IMG/VR virus record: IMGVR_UViG_3300020407_000005
Span: 1-51,207 of that record
Reading direction: 5' to 3' (one strand)
DNA length: 51,207 nt
Source of the DNA: a virus
Lineage: Duplodnaviria; Caudoviricetes
The notes beneath the pieces were generated by a model. It saw nothing but the letters and a program-made list of their open reading frames with translations. It was not told the DNA's origin and ran no database searches. Position 1 is the first letter of the stretch, and each line of letters begins with the position of its first letter. Both the position numbers and the translations under genes were made by a program. Shown here piece by piece: positions 1 to 8,887 of the stretch.

Positions 1-77
1 GGTGGCTGTAGCTCAGTTGGTAGAGTCCCAGATTGTGATTCTGGTCGTCGTGGGTTCGAGTCCCATCAGCCACCCCA
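1..77 (+). tRNA. tRNA-His (GTG), integration target
   Basis: GGTGGCTG...CAGCCACC-CCA acceptor stem with G-1:C73, D loop AGCTCAGTTGGTAGAG, anticodon loop TTGTGAT, T loop GGTTCGAGTCC. Confidence 0.97.
31..77 (+). repeat. attL core (47 bp, 3' part of tRNA-His)
   Basis: GATTGTGATTCTGGTCGTCGTGGGTTCGAGTCCCATCAGCCACCCCA is identical to 50136-50182. Confidence 0.95.
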
Positions 78-102
78 AAAAACGCAACGCCGACAAGGAC
101 TT

Positions 103-128
103 AGGCCCTTCGGGGCCTTTGTCGTTTT
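103..128 (+). terminator. Putative intrinsic terminator after the tRNA
   Basis: AGGCCC-TTCG-GGGCCT hairpin followed by a T-rich tract. Confidence 0.6.
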
Positions 129-132
129 TGGG

Positions 133-163
133 CCGTGGGAAAATAAAGCGGCCCCGTGGGAAA
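133..163. promoter_or_regulatory. Putative integrase arm-type sites
   Basis: CCGTGGGAAA at 133-142 and 154-163; inverted near-copy TATTCCCACGG at 50085-50095 next to attR. Confidence 0.55.
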
Positions 164-478
164 TCAACTGTGCCCCGAGTGAGCGAAGCAATACCCGCCA
201 CGCGAACAGGCTTCCAGCCATTCAGGCACGTTGTCCACAGGTTGGCCTGGCACACGGCCCAGGCAAGGCTTGCCTTTTGATGTCCTAGACGAGCATGGAA
301 CCAAGCCACCAGCTGCAAGCCACGCCGCGTGCTGTACCTCGGTGAATCCGAATGCCTCGGCGAATACTGCGCCGGGCTCCAGTTCGTAGCGTTTCGCCTG
401 TTCGTGCGTCAAGGTGGCAACCGGGCCGTCTCCGTGGAGCCCTTGAGTTGCGATGCAACAGGACAGCCGGTGACGCAT
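164..478 (-). CDS. Small hypothetical protein with a C-x-T-x-KG-x-PC...YC-x-x-H zinc-finger-like motif
   Basis: ATG at 478 with GGAGG upstream, directly after the integrase stop; PCSSRTSKGKPC...GGYCFAH. Confidence 0.5.
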   Translation of the reverse strand: MRHRLSCCIATQGLHGDGPVATLTHEQAKRYELEPGAVFAEAFGFTEVQHAAWLAAGGLVPCSSRTSKGKPCLGRVPGQPVDNVPEWLEACSRGGYCFAHSGHS

Positions 479-480
479 CG

Positions 481-1512
481 TCACAGTGACCTCCGCTTTA
501 TGTGCCTCGTCCGGTCGTAGACCCGGGCCGTGGTGCCAGGATCGGCGTGCATCTCGGGTAGGGCACCGTGCTCGAGCTTGTGGTACGTCGTGTAGTGCGC
601 CCGCAGGTCGTGGAAGGTGAAGCGCTCGAGCACCACCCGCTCGGCCAGCGCCTTGTCCATCAGCCGCGCCCACATGGCCTTGAACCCCGGCTCGCTGTAC
701 GGGTTGCCGGTCCGAGGTGCGGCGAACACCGGCCCCATCGGGTTGAACTCCGGCCGGGCCCGCATCCGCTCGAGCACCACGCGCAGGCGGTCGCTGATCG
801 CCACCAGCTCGCGCTTTCCCCTCGAGCCTCGCTGCTTGGCCCGCTGCAGCCTGACCAGCTCGTCGTCCACCTGCGGCCAGTGCAGGCGCAGGAACTCAGC
901 GCGGCGGTTGCCGGCCAGGGCAGCAAACTCGGCCATCGACACCAGCACCACGGCGCTGTCGCCCTGCCGCAGCGCCCAGGCGGCGAACGCCTCGAGTTCG
1001 TCTCGCTCCACCAGCCGGCCGCGCGGTTCCTCGCGGTTGCGGCGCACCTCTTTGCACGGGTTGCGGTCGATGTCGCCCCGCTCGACCGCCAGGTTGAACA
1101 GGTTCGACAGCAGGGCCACTTCCCGGTTCGCAGACACCGGCGCGTCGGCACGCTCCACGCGCAGGTACTTGGCCACGTCGGCCGGCCGCACGGCGCTCAC
1201 CACGGCGCCGGCCCACACCTTCTCCACGATGCGCCACTGCTCGGCGTAGACCCGGCGCGTGCTCTCGGCCAGACGCTTCCACTGCGCGCTGTCCTGGTAC
1301 AGGCGCCACATCTGGCCGATGGTGCCCTGGTCCGTGGCCCGAGCGTTCAGGTCCAGCACCTGGCGCAGCGCGGCTTCCCGGTCGGTGCCCAGGCGCAACC
1401 ATTTGCCGTCGTGCTGCAGGAACCGGTAGGTGATCAGCCCGTCCTTGCGCGGGCGGGCCTCCATGCGCGGCAGCAGGCCGGCGCTGCTCGAGCGGTCGCG
1501 GGGGCGGGTCAT
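481..1512 (-). CDS. int: Phage tyrosine integrase
   Basis: GNRRAE (catalytic R), FHDLRAHY (HxxR), HADPGTTARVY (catalytic Y); adjacent to attL; start trimmed to MTRPRDR. Confidence 0.92.
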   Translation of the reverse strand: MTRPRDRSSSAGLLPRMEARPRKDGLITYRFLQHDGKWLRLGTDREAALRQVLDLNARATDQGTIGQMWRLYQDSAQWKRLAESTRRVYAEQWRIVEKVWAGAVVSAVRPADVAKYLRVERADAPVSANREVALLSNLFNLAVERGDIDRNPCKEVRRNREEPRGRLVERDELEAFAAWALRQGDSAVVLVSMAEFAALAGNRRAEFLRLHWPQVDDELVRLQRAKQRGSRGKRELVAISDRLRVVLERMRARPEFNPMGPVFAAPRTGNPYSEPGFKAMWARLMDKALAERVVLERFTFHDLRAHYTTYHKLEHGALPEMHADPGTTARVYDRTRHIKRRSL

Positions 1513-1730
1513 GCTGCTCTGCGGCTCCAATTGATGCCGTTGGCGGCCTGCTGCGGCGCCGCGATGCCGCTGATGGCGGCTTGGAAGGCGGCGCGGCCGA
1601 CCAGCAGTGTGCCATCCGGCCGGCGCCGGTACGGCACGCCCCAGCGCGCCAGCACTTTGGCCTGCGATGTGGGCCGGCGGCGCGCCGTGGCCGCTGCCAG
1701 TTCGTCGTCGCTCAGGAACAGGTCGGTCAC
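1509..1730 (-). CDS. Excisionase (DUF4224-like)
   Basis: FLSDDELAAATARRRPTSQAKVLARWGVPYRRRPDG pattern; overlaps the integrase start. Confidence 0.8.
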   Translation of the reverse strand: MTDLFLSDDELAAATARRRPTSQAKVLARWGVPYRRRPDGTLLVGRAAFQAAISGIAAPQQAANGINWSRRAA

Positions 1731-1966
1731 TGCATCCCCTCCCTGCTCGGCGGCGGCTCATCCCTTTCGGGCACGTCCTTGGCCTCGATGTCGTCATCTC
1801 GCTCTTCCTGCCACGGTGCCCAGCGCTCGGCGTCGCGCTGCTGGCGCTGCTCGCGGATGTCCCTTTTGCGCATCATTCGCTCCCTTGCCCGGCCACGTAT
1901 CCAATCAGGAATGCCAGCGCCACAAGGAAGATCAAGAACGCAATCTGGTCGCTCGTAAAGTCCATC

Positions 1967-2455
1967 TCAATCCCCTTCCTTGCGAGCGTTGTTGATCAGC
2001 GTTTGCGCGCGGATCAGCGCTTTGCAGGCCATGCAGCCGTTGTCGCGCGACTCGTGGCCGGTCATGTGGTCCGGGCACAGACTCACGAAATCATGCTGGA
2101 GGCGGCCAGAGCCAACGGCGATCAGGTCTTCAAGGGCAAGCGACGTTTCCGCCGCATCAGCCCGCAGCGCCTCTACCTGCGCCTGCAGCTCGTCACGCTC
2201 TGCTGTGAGTGACGCAATGGCATCGTGGAGGGTCTGTGCGAGCTTGTGCTTTTCACCGGGCCATGCATGCTCGCGCAGCACATAGCCATTCCTTGCCACG
2301 TAGTCGGCTTGATCGCGCATCCAGGCGTCCGCTTCATGCTTGTAAGAAAACCCAATGCAGTACGCCGACTCGTCGGGCGTCATCACGTACCAGCGCCTTG
2401 CCGGCGCCGTGATTTCCAGCAGCCTCAGTGCTGCCTGTGTGGTGGTGTCGGTCAT
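1967..2455 (-). CDS. Phage hypothetical protein
   Basis: ORF in the leftward operon with overlapping start/stop coupling; coiled-coil segment and C-terminal CxxC. Confidence 0.6.
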   Translation of the reverse strand: MTDTTTQAALRLLEITAPARRWYVMTPDESAYCIGFSYKHEADAWMRDQADYVARNGYVLREHAWPGEKHKLAQTLHDAIASLTAERDELQAQVEALRADAAETSLALEDLIAVGSGRLQHDFVSLCPDHMTGHESRDNGCMACKALIRAQTLINNARKEGD

Positions 2456-2697
2456 TGCACGGTCTCCAGGCGCTGCGGGAACTGCGGGCCGTTCTTGCGG
2501 ATGAAGGCGGCGGTTCCTTCCAGCCGCTGCGCCGCGATCTCCCGCCCTTCGTTGCAGGCCATGAGCAGGCCGGTCACGCTGGCCAGCTTCATGAGCACGT
2601 TGCCGATGTCTTCCCTGGACTGCATGTCGCAGGCGTTCAGGTACTCGGTGATGGCCTTCGTGGCGAGGGCCTCGGCCTGTTGCTGGGTAACGGTCAT
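2452..2697 (-). CDS. Phage hypothetical protein
   Basis: 81 aa, AGGAG RBS, coupled to neighbours. Confidence 0.65.
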   Translation of the reverse strand: MTVTQQQAEALATKAITEYLNACDMQSREDIGNVLMKLASVTGLLMACNEGREIAAQRLEGTAAFIRKNGPQFPQRLETVQ

Positions 2698-2879
2698 GTC
2701 GTCTCCTTGATGCTGGGCGCCGGGTGCTGGGATCGGTCATCAACCCGGTGACAGTGGAACGTCTTGCGCCCGACGAAGAAGCTGCCCAAGTGCTCGCACT
2801 CGCTGGCGATGGTGCTGTGAGCCCAAAGCCAGCCGACAAAGACGCCAATGGCAAACGTTGCGATCAGCCATCCCATCAC
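2694..2879 (-). CDS. Small membrane-anchored phage protein
   Basis: N-terminal hydrophobic helix, ECEHLGSFFVG motif, coupled to neighbours. Confidence 0.6.
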   Translation of the reverse strand: MMGWLIATFAIGVFVGWLWAHSTIASECEHLGSFFVGRKTFHCHRVDDRSQHPAPSIKETT

Positions 2880-3775
2880 CGCTCTCCTTCGCCGTGCGGG
2901 GCTGCGTCAGCCTCATGCAGCGGTCCTGTGCAGTACGGGTCGCGCTGCAGGCGGGCCATTGCTTCGCGGATGGCCTGCCGTGGATCGTCCCGGTACACCT
3001 CACTCGCCACGCGCTCCGCTGGTCGGCCCTGATGGTGCTGCACCGTCCGCCAGCCCACGTCGTCGTCGCCCAGGCTGAAGCAGCGCAAGTCCAGCGACTC
3101 AGAGCCCAGGAAGTCCAGCAGCTGCGAGTCCTCTGCCTGCGGCACTTGTGCGGCCCCCTGCGCAGCAGAGCGTGCTGCCAGCAGAGCCTTGCGCAGCTGA
3201 GGGATGCGCTTGTCGCGGAGGTTGGTGAACGTCTCGTACACGTCGTCCGGCATCGCCTTGCCCATGTACTCGGCGTGCAGCTGTGTGCGGTAGCCGGACG
3301 CCTGCTCAAAGTCCGTCAGCAGTTGCTCGAACGCCTCTCGCTCTCCCTGCGCCACAGGCTGCGCAGCTACACCGGCGGCGATGGCCCGCGCCTCGTCCAC
3401 CTTGGACTGCGTGACATGGCCGGCCGCCACCAGCAGCTGCGGCACGTAGGCATCGCCGGCAGGCTGCGCAGCGGGTGGGTGGGCGTAGAGCGATGTGACC
3501 ACCAGCGCAGGCAGGGGAAAGCCGCCTTGGGTCGTCGCAAACCGCACGTCCTCATCGGTGGGCCTGGTGGTCCACAGGGCCTGCTGCTTGATGGGCTCGC
3601 CCGGGAGGCCGACAGCCCAAGCCACAGGCTGCTGCTCCCCGAGCCGCGCCAGTAGTGCGCGCTCGGTGGCCCGGATCAGGTCAGCACCGGTAGACCCATC
3701 GGTTCCGTACCACTCGATTTCAAGCGCTTCAACCTCGGCCGCGGTCAGCAGCTCTGCGTGTGGGGTGGGGGTCAT
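2876..3775 (-). CDS. Modular phage early protein (EaA/Ead-like architecture)
   Basis: QPVAW...LYAHP linker motifs typical of mosaic phage early genes. Confidence 0.6.
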   Translation of the reverse strand: MTPTPHAELLTAAEVEALEIEWYGTDGSTGADLIRATERALLARLGEQQPVAWAVGLPGEPIKQQALWTTRPTDEDVRFATTQGGFPLPALVVTSLYAHPPAAQPAGDAYVPQLLVAAGHVTQSKVDEARAIAAGVAAQPVAQGEREAFEQLLTDFEQASGYRTQLHAEYMGKAMPDDVYETFTNLRDKRIPQLRKALLAARSAAQGAAQVPQAEDSQLLDFLGSESLDLRCFSLGDDDVGWRTVQHHQGRPAERVASEVYRDDPRQAIREAMARLQRDPYCTGPLHEADAAPHGEGER

Positions 3776-4047
3776 TGCGGTGCCTCCCAAGGGCGATTGA
3801 GGTTGCAGGCCGGCCCGGTCACTGGCTTGTCGGTCAGCAGCCCTTGCCGCTTGCAGAGGTGGCGTAGGTAGGCAATCGCCTCGGAGCCCTTGACGACGAA
3901 GATCGCCGCCTCGGTGTCTGCCACAGTGCAGCCGCCCATGAACACGCTCACCGCGTCGGTGTCCTTCTCGGCCGCCTCAAGAAGCTGCGTCACCGTTCTG
4001 CGGTCGCTGCGCAAAACGCTTTCGCGGCTCGTCTTGTCTGTGCTCAT
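3772..4047 (-). CDS. Phage hypothetical protein
   Basis: 91-aa ORF coupled within the operon. Confidence 0.55.
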   Translation of the reverse strand: MSTDKTSRESVLRSDRRTVTQLLEAAEKDTDAVSVFMGGCTVADTEAAIFVVKGSEAIAYLRHLCKRQGLLTDKPVTGPACNLNRPWEAPQ

Positions 4048-4274
4048 GATTGCACCTTGGTGGCGTCGATCTTCTCGACGGTGATGCGGTAGGTGGGCAC
4101 GCCGTTGACCGACACGTCAACCGACTTGCCGCTGTGCAGGACGTGCTCGATGACTGCGCCGCAGGCCGGGCCTGTCACGTCCTGTTTGCTCGCCCAGGTG
4201 GCTCCATCCTTGGCCACGGTCCCCGCGTAGATGCGGCCGGTAAGCGGCGATGTGCCGACATGCAGGGGCTTCAT
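4044..4274 (-). CDS. Phage hypothetical protein
   Basis: MKPLHVGTSPLTGRIYAG, AAGGAG RBS, coupled to the upstream stop. Confidence 0.65.
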   Translation of the reverse strand: MKPLHVGTSPLTGRIYAGTVAKDGATWASKQDVTGPACGAVIEHVLHSGKSVDVSVNGVPTYRITVEKIDATKVQS

Positions 4275-6055
4275 TGCTGCTCCTTGGGGGTGGTACCGGC
4301 AGGGGTGATGCCACGCAGCCCTGCGCGCACTTCCATCCACAGCTTGCCGAGCATGTTCTGGCCGTCGCGGTTCGGCCCCCAGCCCCAATAGTCGTCGCGC
4401 CAGGAGTCTTCGATCAACTCGCGGTCGCCGGTCTCCAGCAGCTTGCGGCGCACGTACTCGTGCTGCGACGCCTTCGCGCGGAGGATCTCCCGCATGATGT
4501 CCACCTTGACCGCATCCCAGTCGGCGCGGCGGTAGCCCTTCCAGCGCTCAGCGAGCTTGAATGCCCAGTGGGCTGAGGGTGCTTCCTTGATGGACATGGC
4601 GAGGTTGCGGCGCTGGAAAGCGTCGTTGACGGATTCGCCGACCCGCTCATAGGCGAACTTCTCGTAGTGGTAGGCGTGCTCGCTCGTCGGGAACGTCAAG
4701 CCGTTGAACTTCAGGTTGAAGGCGCTGAAGTTGGACAGGACGTAGAAGTCCTGCTCGTAGAAGAAAACCTGCTGGTCGTTGTCCAGCTTGTGGTGATCGG
4801 TCAGCGGCACCAGCGCGGGTGCCTGCGGGCTTGGTGCGGTGTCCACAAGGGCCAGCCCACCGCATACGTCCAACACCATCATCGCCATGTTGGCCACATC
4901 GGCGCTGTACTCCTGAATGCCGGGGCCGTCGTTGTTCTTGACGGCTTTCTGCAGCTTGGCGAGGTGGTGGTACACCTCCAGAAGCGCGGTGCTGGCCGAC
5001 ATCTGAAGCCACCCTGGGCGGTCGCCCTTGCCGCTGTTGGCGTGCAGCTCGCGGCGCATCAGAGACAGGAACGGCATCAGCACGTCGTCGTACTTGTCGC
5101 CCACCGGCTGCGCTGCAGTGGGTGCGGCCTGGGGTGCGGGAGGGGCAGCGAGATCGTCATGCCGCGGCCCGATGAGCGATTCGGGGTCACCTCCGGCAAA
5201 GCGGATCACCTGGCGCCACACGCCATCCAGTGTCCGGCGGTGCACGTTCTGGATGGGCCGGTCCTGCACCTGCTCTTTCCAGCGGCCAACGGCCCAATCC
5301 ACCACGTCCGCTGGCATCGGGTGCACGGGCGTCACCGCGCCAGTGCCGGGGATCGGCAGCCAGCCGATGGGCTTGCCCTCGCCACGGCAGTAGCAGTCAT
5401 GGTGCCAGGACCAGCCGGCAAAGTGCCACGCCGGATCTTCCTTGGGGCCGCCATCGACGCCGTAGGAACCGATACTGACGCTCATCGTCTCGTCGTAAAG
5501 CGGGTGCTCGTTGTCATCGATCAGCAGCAGCACGGGCGTGCCGTCCGTCGGTGCCGTTGCCATCGGATTCCACGGCACCGTGGCCGCTGCATCCTGCGCA
5601 GGGGTGGGCTGGGATGCGCGGGCGGCGCGCAGAGCCTCTCGATAGGCAAACGCACCGTCTAGGAATGCCCCGGTGAACTTAGCGGCCATGTTCTGGCACT
5701 CCACCTCACGCCCCCGATAGAGCTGCTGCTTCCCGTCGCCCGCAACCACCGCATGCCTGTGGAACATGCTTTGGTCCGAGGCCACGGCCTGGTATCGATG
5801 GGCGGCTTCAGCCTCTAGGGCCCGCATCGGATCGCGCAAAGCATCCTCGTAGAGCGGAAGCCCGGCCGGCGCATCCTGTGCTGCTGACAGTGCAGCGCGG
5901 GCGGCTTCGCGCACTCGCCGGATGGCGAGGCTCACAGCCGTCGGCATGCGCATCGCGTACGGGTCGAAACCGGATCGCGTCGGCTGCTCCTCCAGCACGC
6001 GATCGAGTTCTTGAGCGGCCAGAAGCAGCTCAGGAGTTGAGGTGGCGTCGCTCAT
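4271..6055 (-). CDS. Multidomain protein: DUF551-like + MazG-like helical domain + C-terminal NADAR (YbiA) domain
   Basis: WNPMATAPTDGTPVLL...PIGWLPIP; KGDRPGW...EYSADVANMAMM; LSNF...TSEHAYHYEKF...KASQH...LLETGDRELIEDS..DDYWG...GQNMLGKLWMEVR. Confidence 0.85.
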   Translation of the reverse strand: MSDATSTPELLLAAQELDRVLEEQPTRSGFDPYAMRMPTAVSLAIRRVREAARAALSAAQDAPAGLPLYEDALRDPMRALEAEAAHRYQAVASDQSMFHRHAVVAGDGKQQLYRGREVECQNMAAKFTGAFLDGAFAYREALRAARASQPTPAQDAAATVPWNPMATAPTDGTPVLLLIDDNEHPLYDETMSVSIGSYGVDGGPKEDPAWHFAGWSWHHDCYCRGEGKPIGWLPIPGTGAVTPVHPMPADVVDWAVGRWKEQVQDRPIQNVHRRTLDGVWRQVIRFAGGDPESLIGPRHDDLAAPPAPQAAPTAAQPVGDKYDDVLMPFLSLMRRELHANSGKGDRPGWLQMSASTALLEVYHHLAKLQKAVKNNDGPGIQEYSADVANMAMMVLDVCGGLALVDTAPSPQAPALVPLTDHHKLDNDQQVFFYEQDFYVLSNFSAFNLKFNGLTFPTSEHAYHYEKFAYERVGESVNDAFQRRNLAMSIKEAPSAHWAFKLAERWKGYRRADWDAVKVDIMREILRAKASQHEYVRRKLLETGDRELIEDSWRDDYWGWGPNRDGQNMLGKLWMEVRAGLRGITPAGTTPKEQQ

Positions 6056-6645
6056 GGCAGAGCCTTTCGGTATGCGTCGTTGATCTCGGCCATGCGCGCC
6101 GGGTCGCCACCGCGGTCCGGGTGGTGCTGGCTGGCCAGGCGGCGGTAGGCGTCGCGGATCTCGGTCGGCGTGGCGCCGGCGGGCACGCCCAGCACCTCCC
6201 ACCAGCTGCGCGCCGCACCCGGTGCCGGCAGCGCGGTGAAGCCGGTGAACGCGGCTTCAAGCATGTCGCCCGTGCCCCAGCGCGCGATGCCGCGCAGCGC
6301 CTCGATGGTCTTCGCGATGGCCTGCATGTTGTGCTCGATGCGGTCCCACCGGTCGCACGCGAACGACATCTGGCGCTTCTTGTGGAGGAAGTAGACGGCC
6401 ACGCCCGGGTCGTCCGGCTGGCGCTGGTTGGCCAGCGGCAGGCCGTCGCGGCGCAGCGCGATGTTCGTGCTGATCACGACCTCGGGGTCGCGCGCGAACC
6501 GGCCGCCGGCGAGCAGGGTGACCTCCCGCACGATGTTGTCGCGCGCCCGGGCGAACGTCGTTTCGAACTTGGCGCGCTCGCGGCGCCAAGCCTCGGTGCG
6601 GGGCCGGCCTGCGGGCCAGGCCAGGGGGTAGGCCTCGACGGTCAT
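6052..6645 (-). CDS. Phage J-domain (DnaJ-like) protein
   Basis: C-terminal WWEVLGV...IRDAYRRLASQHHPDRGG...INDAY with HPD motif. Confidence 0.88.
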   Translation of the reverse strand: MTVEAYPLAWPAGRPRTEAWRRERAKFETTFARARDNIVREVTLLAGGRFARDPEVVISTNIALRRDGLPLANQRQPDDPGVAVYFLHKKRQMSFACDRWDRIEHNMQAIAKTIEALRGIARWGTGDMLEAAFTGFTALPAPGAARSWWEVLGVPAGATPTEIRDAYRRLASQHHPDRGGDPARMAEINDAYRKALP

Positions 6646-6836
6646 GACACGACGTCCAGCTCGCCGCCCTCGCTGTCGCTCTCGTCGTGCTCGGGCCCGG
6701 CGGCCTCATGCACGGCTTCCGGCGACAGCCCTAGGGCCTGGGCTACGGCCAGGGCTGCCGCATCGCGGTCCGGGACCAGCTCCAGCGCGCGGGTCATGGC
6801 GGCTTGCACGGTGGTGCGTTCGACGATCTGCACCAT
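6642..6836 (-). CDS. Phage hypothetical protein
   Basis: 64-aa ORF coupled to the J-domain gene. Confidence 0.55.
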   Translation of the reverse strand: MVQIVERTTVQAAMTRALELVPDRDAAALAVAQALGLSPEAVHEAAGPEHDESDSEGGELDVVS

Positions 6837-6839
6837 GGG

Positions 6840-7526
6840 TCAGCCCTCCGCGCTGTCGTCGTCGCCGCGCGCGCCCGGCAGGTCCAGGAAAGCCCGAGTC
6901 GCACGGTCGGCCGCAACGCTGGCCGGGTCTTCATCGAACAGGCTGCCCGTGTCATCGCCACCGGTGGTGCCATCAGCGCCCGGATGATCGGCGTGGAATG
7001 CCGCCAGGCTGCCGTCGATGGCATCCGGCTTGCGCTCGGGGGCCAGCAGCTTCAGCTGGATCTCGTGCTTGTTCAGCATGGCCAGCCGGCCGGCCTTGAG
7101 CTCGTCCAGGTCGCTGCTGCCGATACGCAGGCCCAGTTCAATGCTGCCGCCCTCGTGTGGCGTGACGACAAAGCCGTCAATCTTGGCGCCGCCCAGCTTG
7201 ATGTCGCTGGTTTCGTCGATGCCGAAGTCGATGATGACCGTGTAGCCGTTCAGTTCGCCCTTGAGCGCCAGGCGGTCGATGACGTTGTCACGCCGCAGCG
7301 GCAGCGCGATCCGCTCCATGCCGTCAAACTCCGGCTGCGGTTCCGGTTCCTCGGGCGACTTGTAGAGCTGGGCGCACAGGCCCTGGCTCAGCTGGTCCAG
7401 CAGCGTGTTGGCGGTGGTGATACGGATGCCGAGGGTAACGGCCGGCACGTCCTGGTCGCCGTGCTTTTCGGTGCGGTTGGTGACGGTGGCCAGCTTGGCC
7501 GGGGTGGCGTCGAGCAGTTGGAACAT
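6840..7526 (-). CDS. Phage hypothetical protein
   Basis: 228-aa ORF with AAAGG RBS and protein-like composition. Confidence 0.7.
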   Translation of the reverse strand: MFQLLDATPAKLATVTNRTEKHGDQDVPAVTLGIRITTANTLLDQLSQGLCAQLYKSPEEPEPQPEFDGMERIALPLRRDNVIDRLALKGELNGYTVIIDFGIDETSDIKLGGAKIDGFVVTPHEGGSIELGLRIGSSDLDELKAGRLAMLNKHEIQLKLLAPERKPDAIDGSLAAFHADHPGADGTTGGDDTGSLFDEDPASVAADRATRAFLDLPGARGDDDSAEG

Positions 7527-7528
7527 GA

Positions 7529-8077
7529 TCAGCCTTTCGGGATGGTGGTGCTTTGGTCGCGGGGCGTTTTGAGCAGGTTGTGGGCGGTGGTGACGCTTAC
7601 GGAAAGGGCTGCAGCGATCTGCCTCAGCACGGCGCCCGAGGCGCGCATAGCACGCGCGCGCTCCTGGTACGCGGGTGGAAGGCGCCGATAGGTGCGGAGG
7701 CCTGTCTCAACGGCATGCCTGTTGTTGTGCGCGCGGTCGCACCACTCAAGGTTGGATGCTCGGCAGTCCGCTCGATCACCGTTCAAGTGATTCACATCGG
7801 TGAAAGTCTCAGGTGATGCGTTTGGCACCCAAGCCAGAGCAACGGCCCGGTGAACGCGACACATACATTGGCGCTGTCCGATGAACAGTGCGACCGTGGG
7901 GTAGCCGTGGGAGAGAGCCGCACGCAGCCAGCGGCCTCCGTGCCTGCTCTTTCCCATGGTCTTGGCAAACGACCAAATGCGTCCGCACTCGGTTACGGCA
8001 TAGCGACCTTCAAAGCCGGGGATCGTGCGAACCGGCATGTCTGGCTCAACGATGGGTATGTGCTTGCGCTTGGTCAT
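7529..8077 (-). CDS. NUMOD4-like/HNH homing endonuclease
   Basis: IPGFEGRYAVTECGRIWS; VHRAVALAWV...VNHLNGDRADCRASNLEWC..AHN; C-terminal HTH. Confidence 0.88.
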   Translation of the reverse strand: MTKRKHIPIVEPDMPVRTIPGFEGRYAVTECGRIWSFAKTMGKSRHGGRWLRAALSHGYPTVALFIGQRQCMCRVHRAVALAWVPNASPETFTDVNHLNGDRADCRASNLEWCDRAHNNRHAVETGLRTYRRLPPAYQERARAMRASGAVLRQIAAALSVSVTTAHNLLKTPRDQSTTIPKG

Positions 8078-8078
8078 A

Positions 8079-8291
8079 TCAACGCGCCGGCATGCCCAGA
8101 CGGGCCCAGCCGACGATCTCTTCCTGGTGCTGGTGCAGCACCTTCCGCGGCTTGTCCGACACCGCGCAGTCGCTGATGACCTGCTGGCTGCCGGCCACGA
8201 AGGCACGCTGCAGCCAGCGCTCGATCTCCTCGGGCTTGACCACCGGAGAGACCTCGGCCGCGTACTGCCGGGCGCTGTCGATGAGGGTCAT
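8079..8291 (-). CDS. Phage hypothetical protein
   Basis: 70-aa ORF coupled to the exonuclease. Confidence 0.5.
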   Translation of the reverse strand: MTLIDSARQYAAEVSPVVKPEEIERWLQRAFVAGSQQVISDCAVSDKPRKVLHQHQEEIVGWARLGMPAR

Positions 8292-8887
8292 GCGGCCCTC
8301 CGTTCGACCTCTGCGACCATCGCCTGCAGCTCGCCCTCGAACTGGCGGCAGGCCGCGATCAGCCGCGCGATGTAGGCGTCGTCACGCTCGATGCGCTGGG
8401 TGTAGAGGCGGAAGCGCTCGCTCTGCCGCGGGTCGTAGCTGGTGAAGAGCCACCAGCTGCGGCCGTGCACAGCCATGTTCCCCTGCACCTGGGCGCGGTG
8501 ATCGGCCGGCATGCCGTCCAGCCACGTGGCGATGTGCACCGCCTCGTCGTGCGGGCACTTGTTCTCCCATCCGCCGTCGGGCTCGATGAGGCCGTCAGCG
8601 CTGGCGCCGATGAACGGGTACGCCGGGTGCAGCTTGAACGCGGCAGCTTCGATGATGTGGCCGGTGGCCAGCTCTGCCGCGGCCTTGGCGAAGGGCTCCA
8701 GGTCGGTGCCCCAGGCCAGGGCCTTGCCGGTCACCGAGTGCTTGGCTGCAGCGGCCAGGCGCTCGAAGCACAGCTCACGCATGTACTTCTGGCGCGCGGC
8801 CGGCGAGCCCAGTACGTCGTTGAACCGGCTGGCTGTGATCTTGCCGGCACGCTGCAGGTGCCAGTCCTCGGTGCGCTGCTCGATCAC
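8288..8887 (-). CDS. YqaJ/lambda-type exonuclease
   Basis: QRTEDWHLQRAGKITAS, WGTDLEP, GASADGL, ENKCP, QVQGNM motifs. Confidence 0.92.
   Translation of the reverse strand: MIEQRTEDWHLQRAGKITASRFNDVLGSPAARQKYMRELCFERLAAAAKHSVTGKALAWGTDLEPFAKAAAELATGHIIEAAAFKLHPAYPFIGASADGLIEPDGGWENKCPHDEAVHIATWLDGMPADHRAQVQGNMAVHGRSWWLFTSYDPRQSERFRLYTQRIERDDAYIARLIAACRQFEGELQAMVAEVERRAA

Noticed and set aside
2-280. 92-aa ORF over the tRNA, and the mirror ORF 49594-50196 over attR
   Set aside because: Chance translations of tRNA/att sequence
1513-1797. N-terminal extension of the integrase given by the ORF track
   Set aside because: It overlaps the excisionase in another frame and reads as non-protein; the ATG at 1512 is coupled to the xis stop
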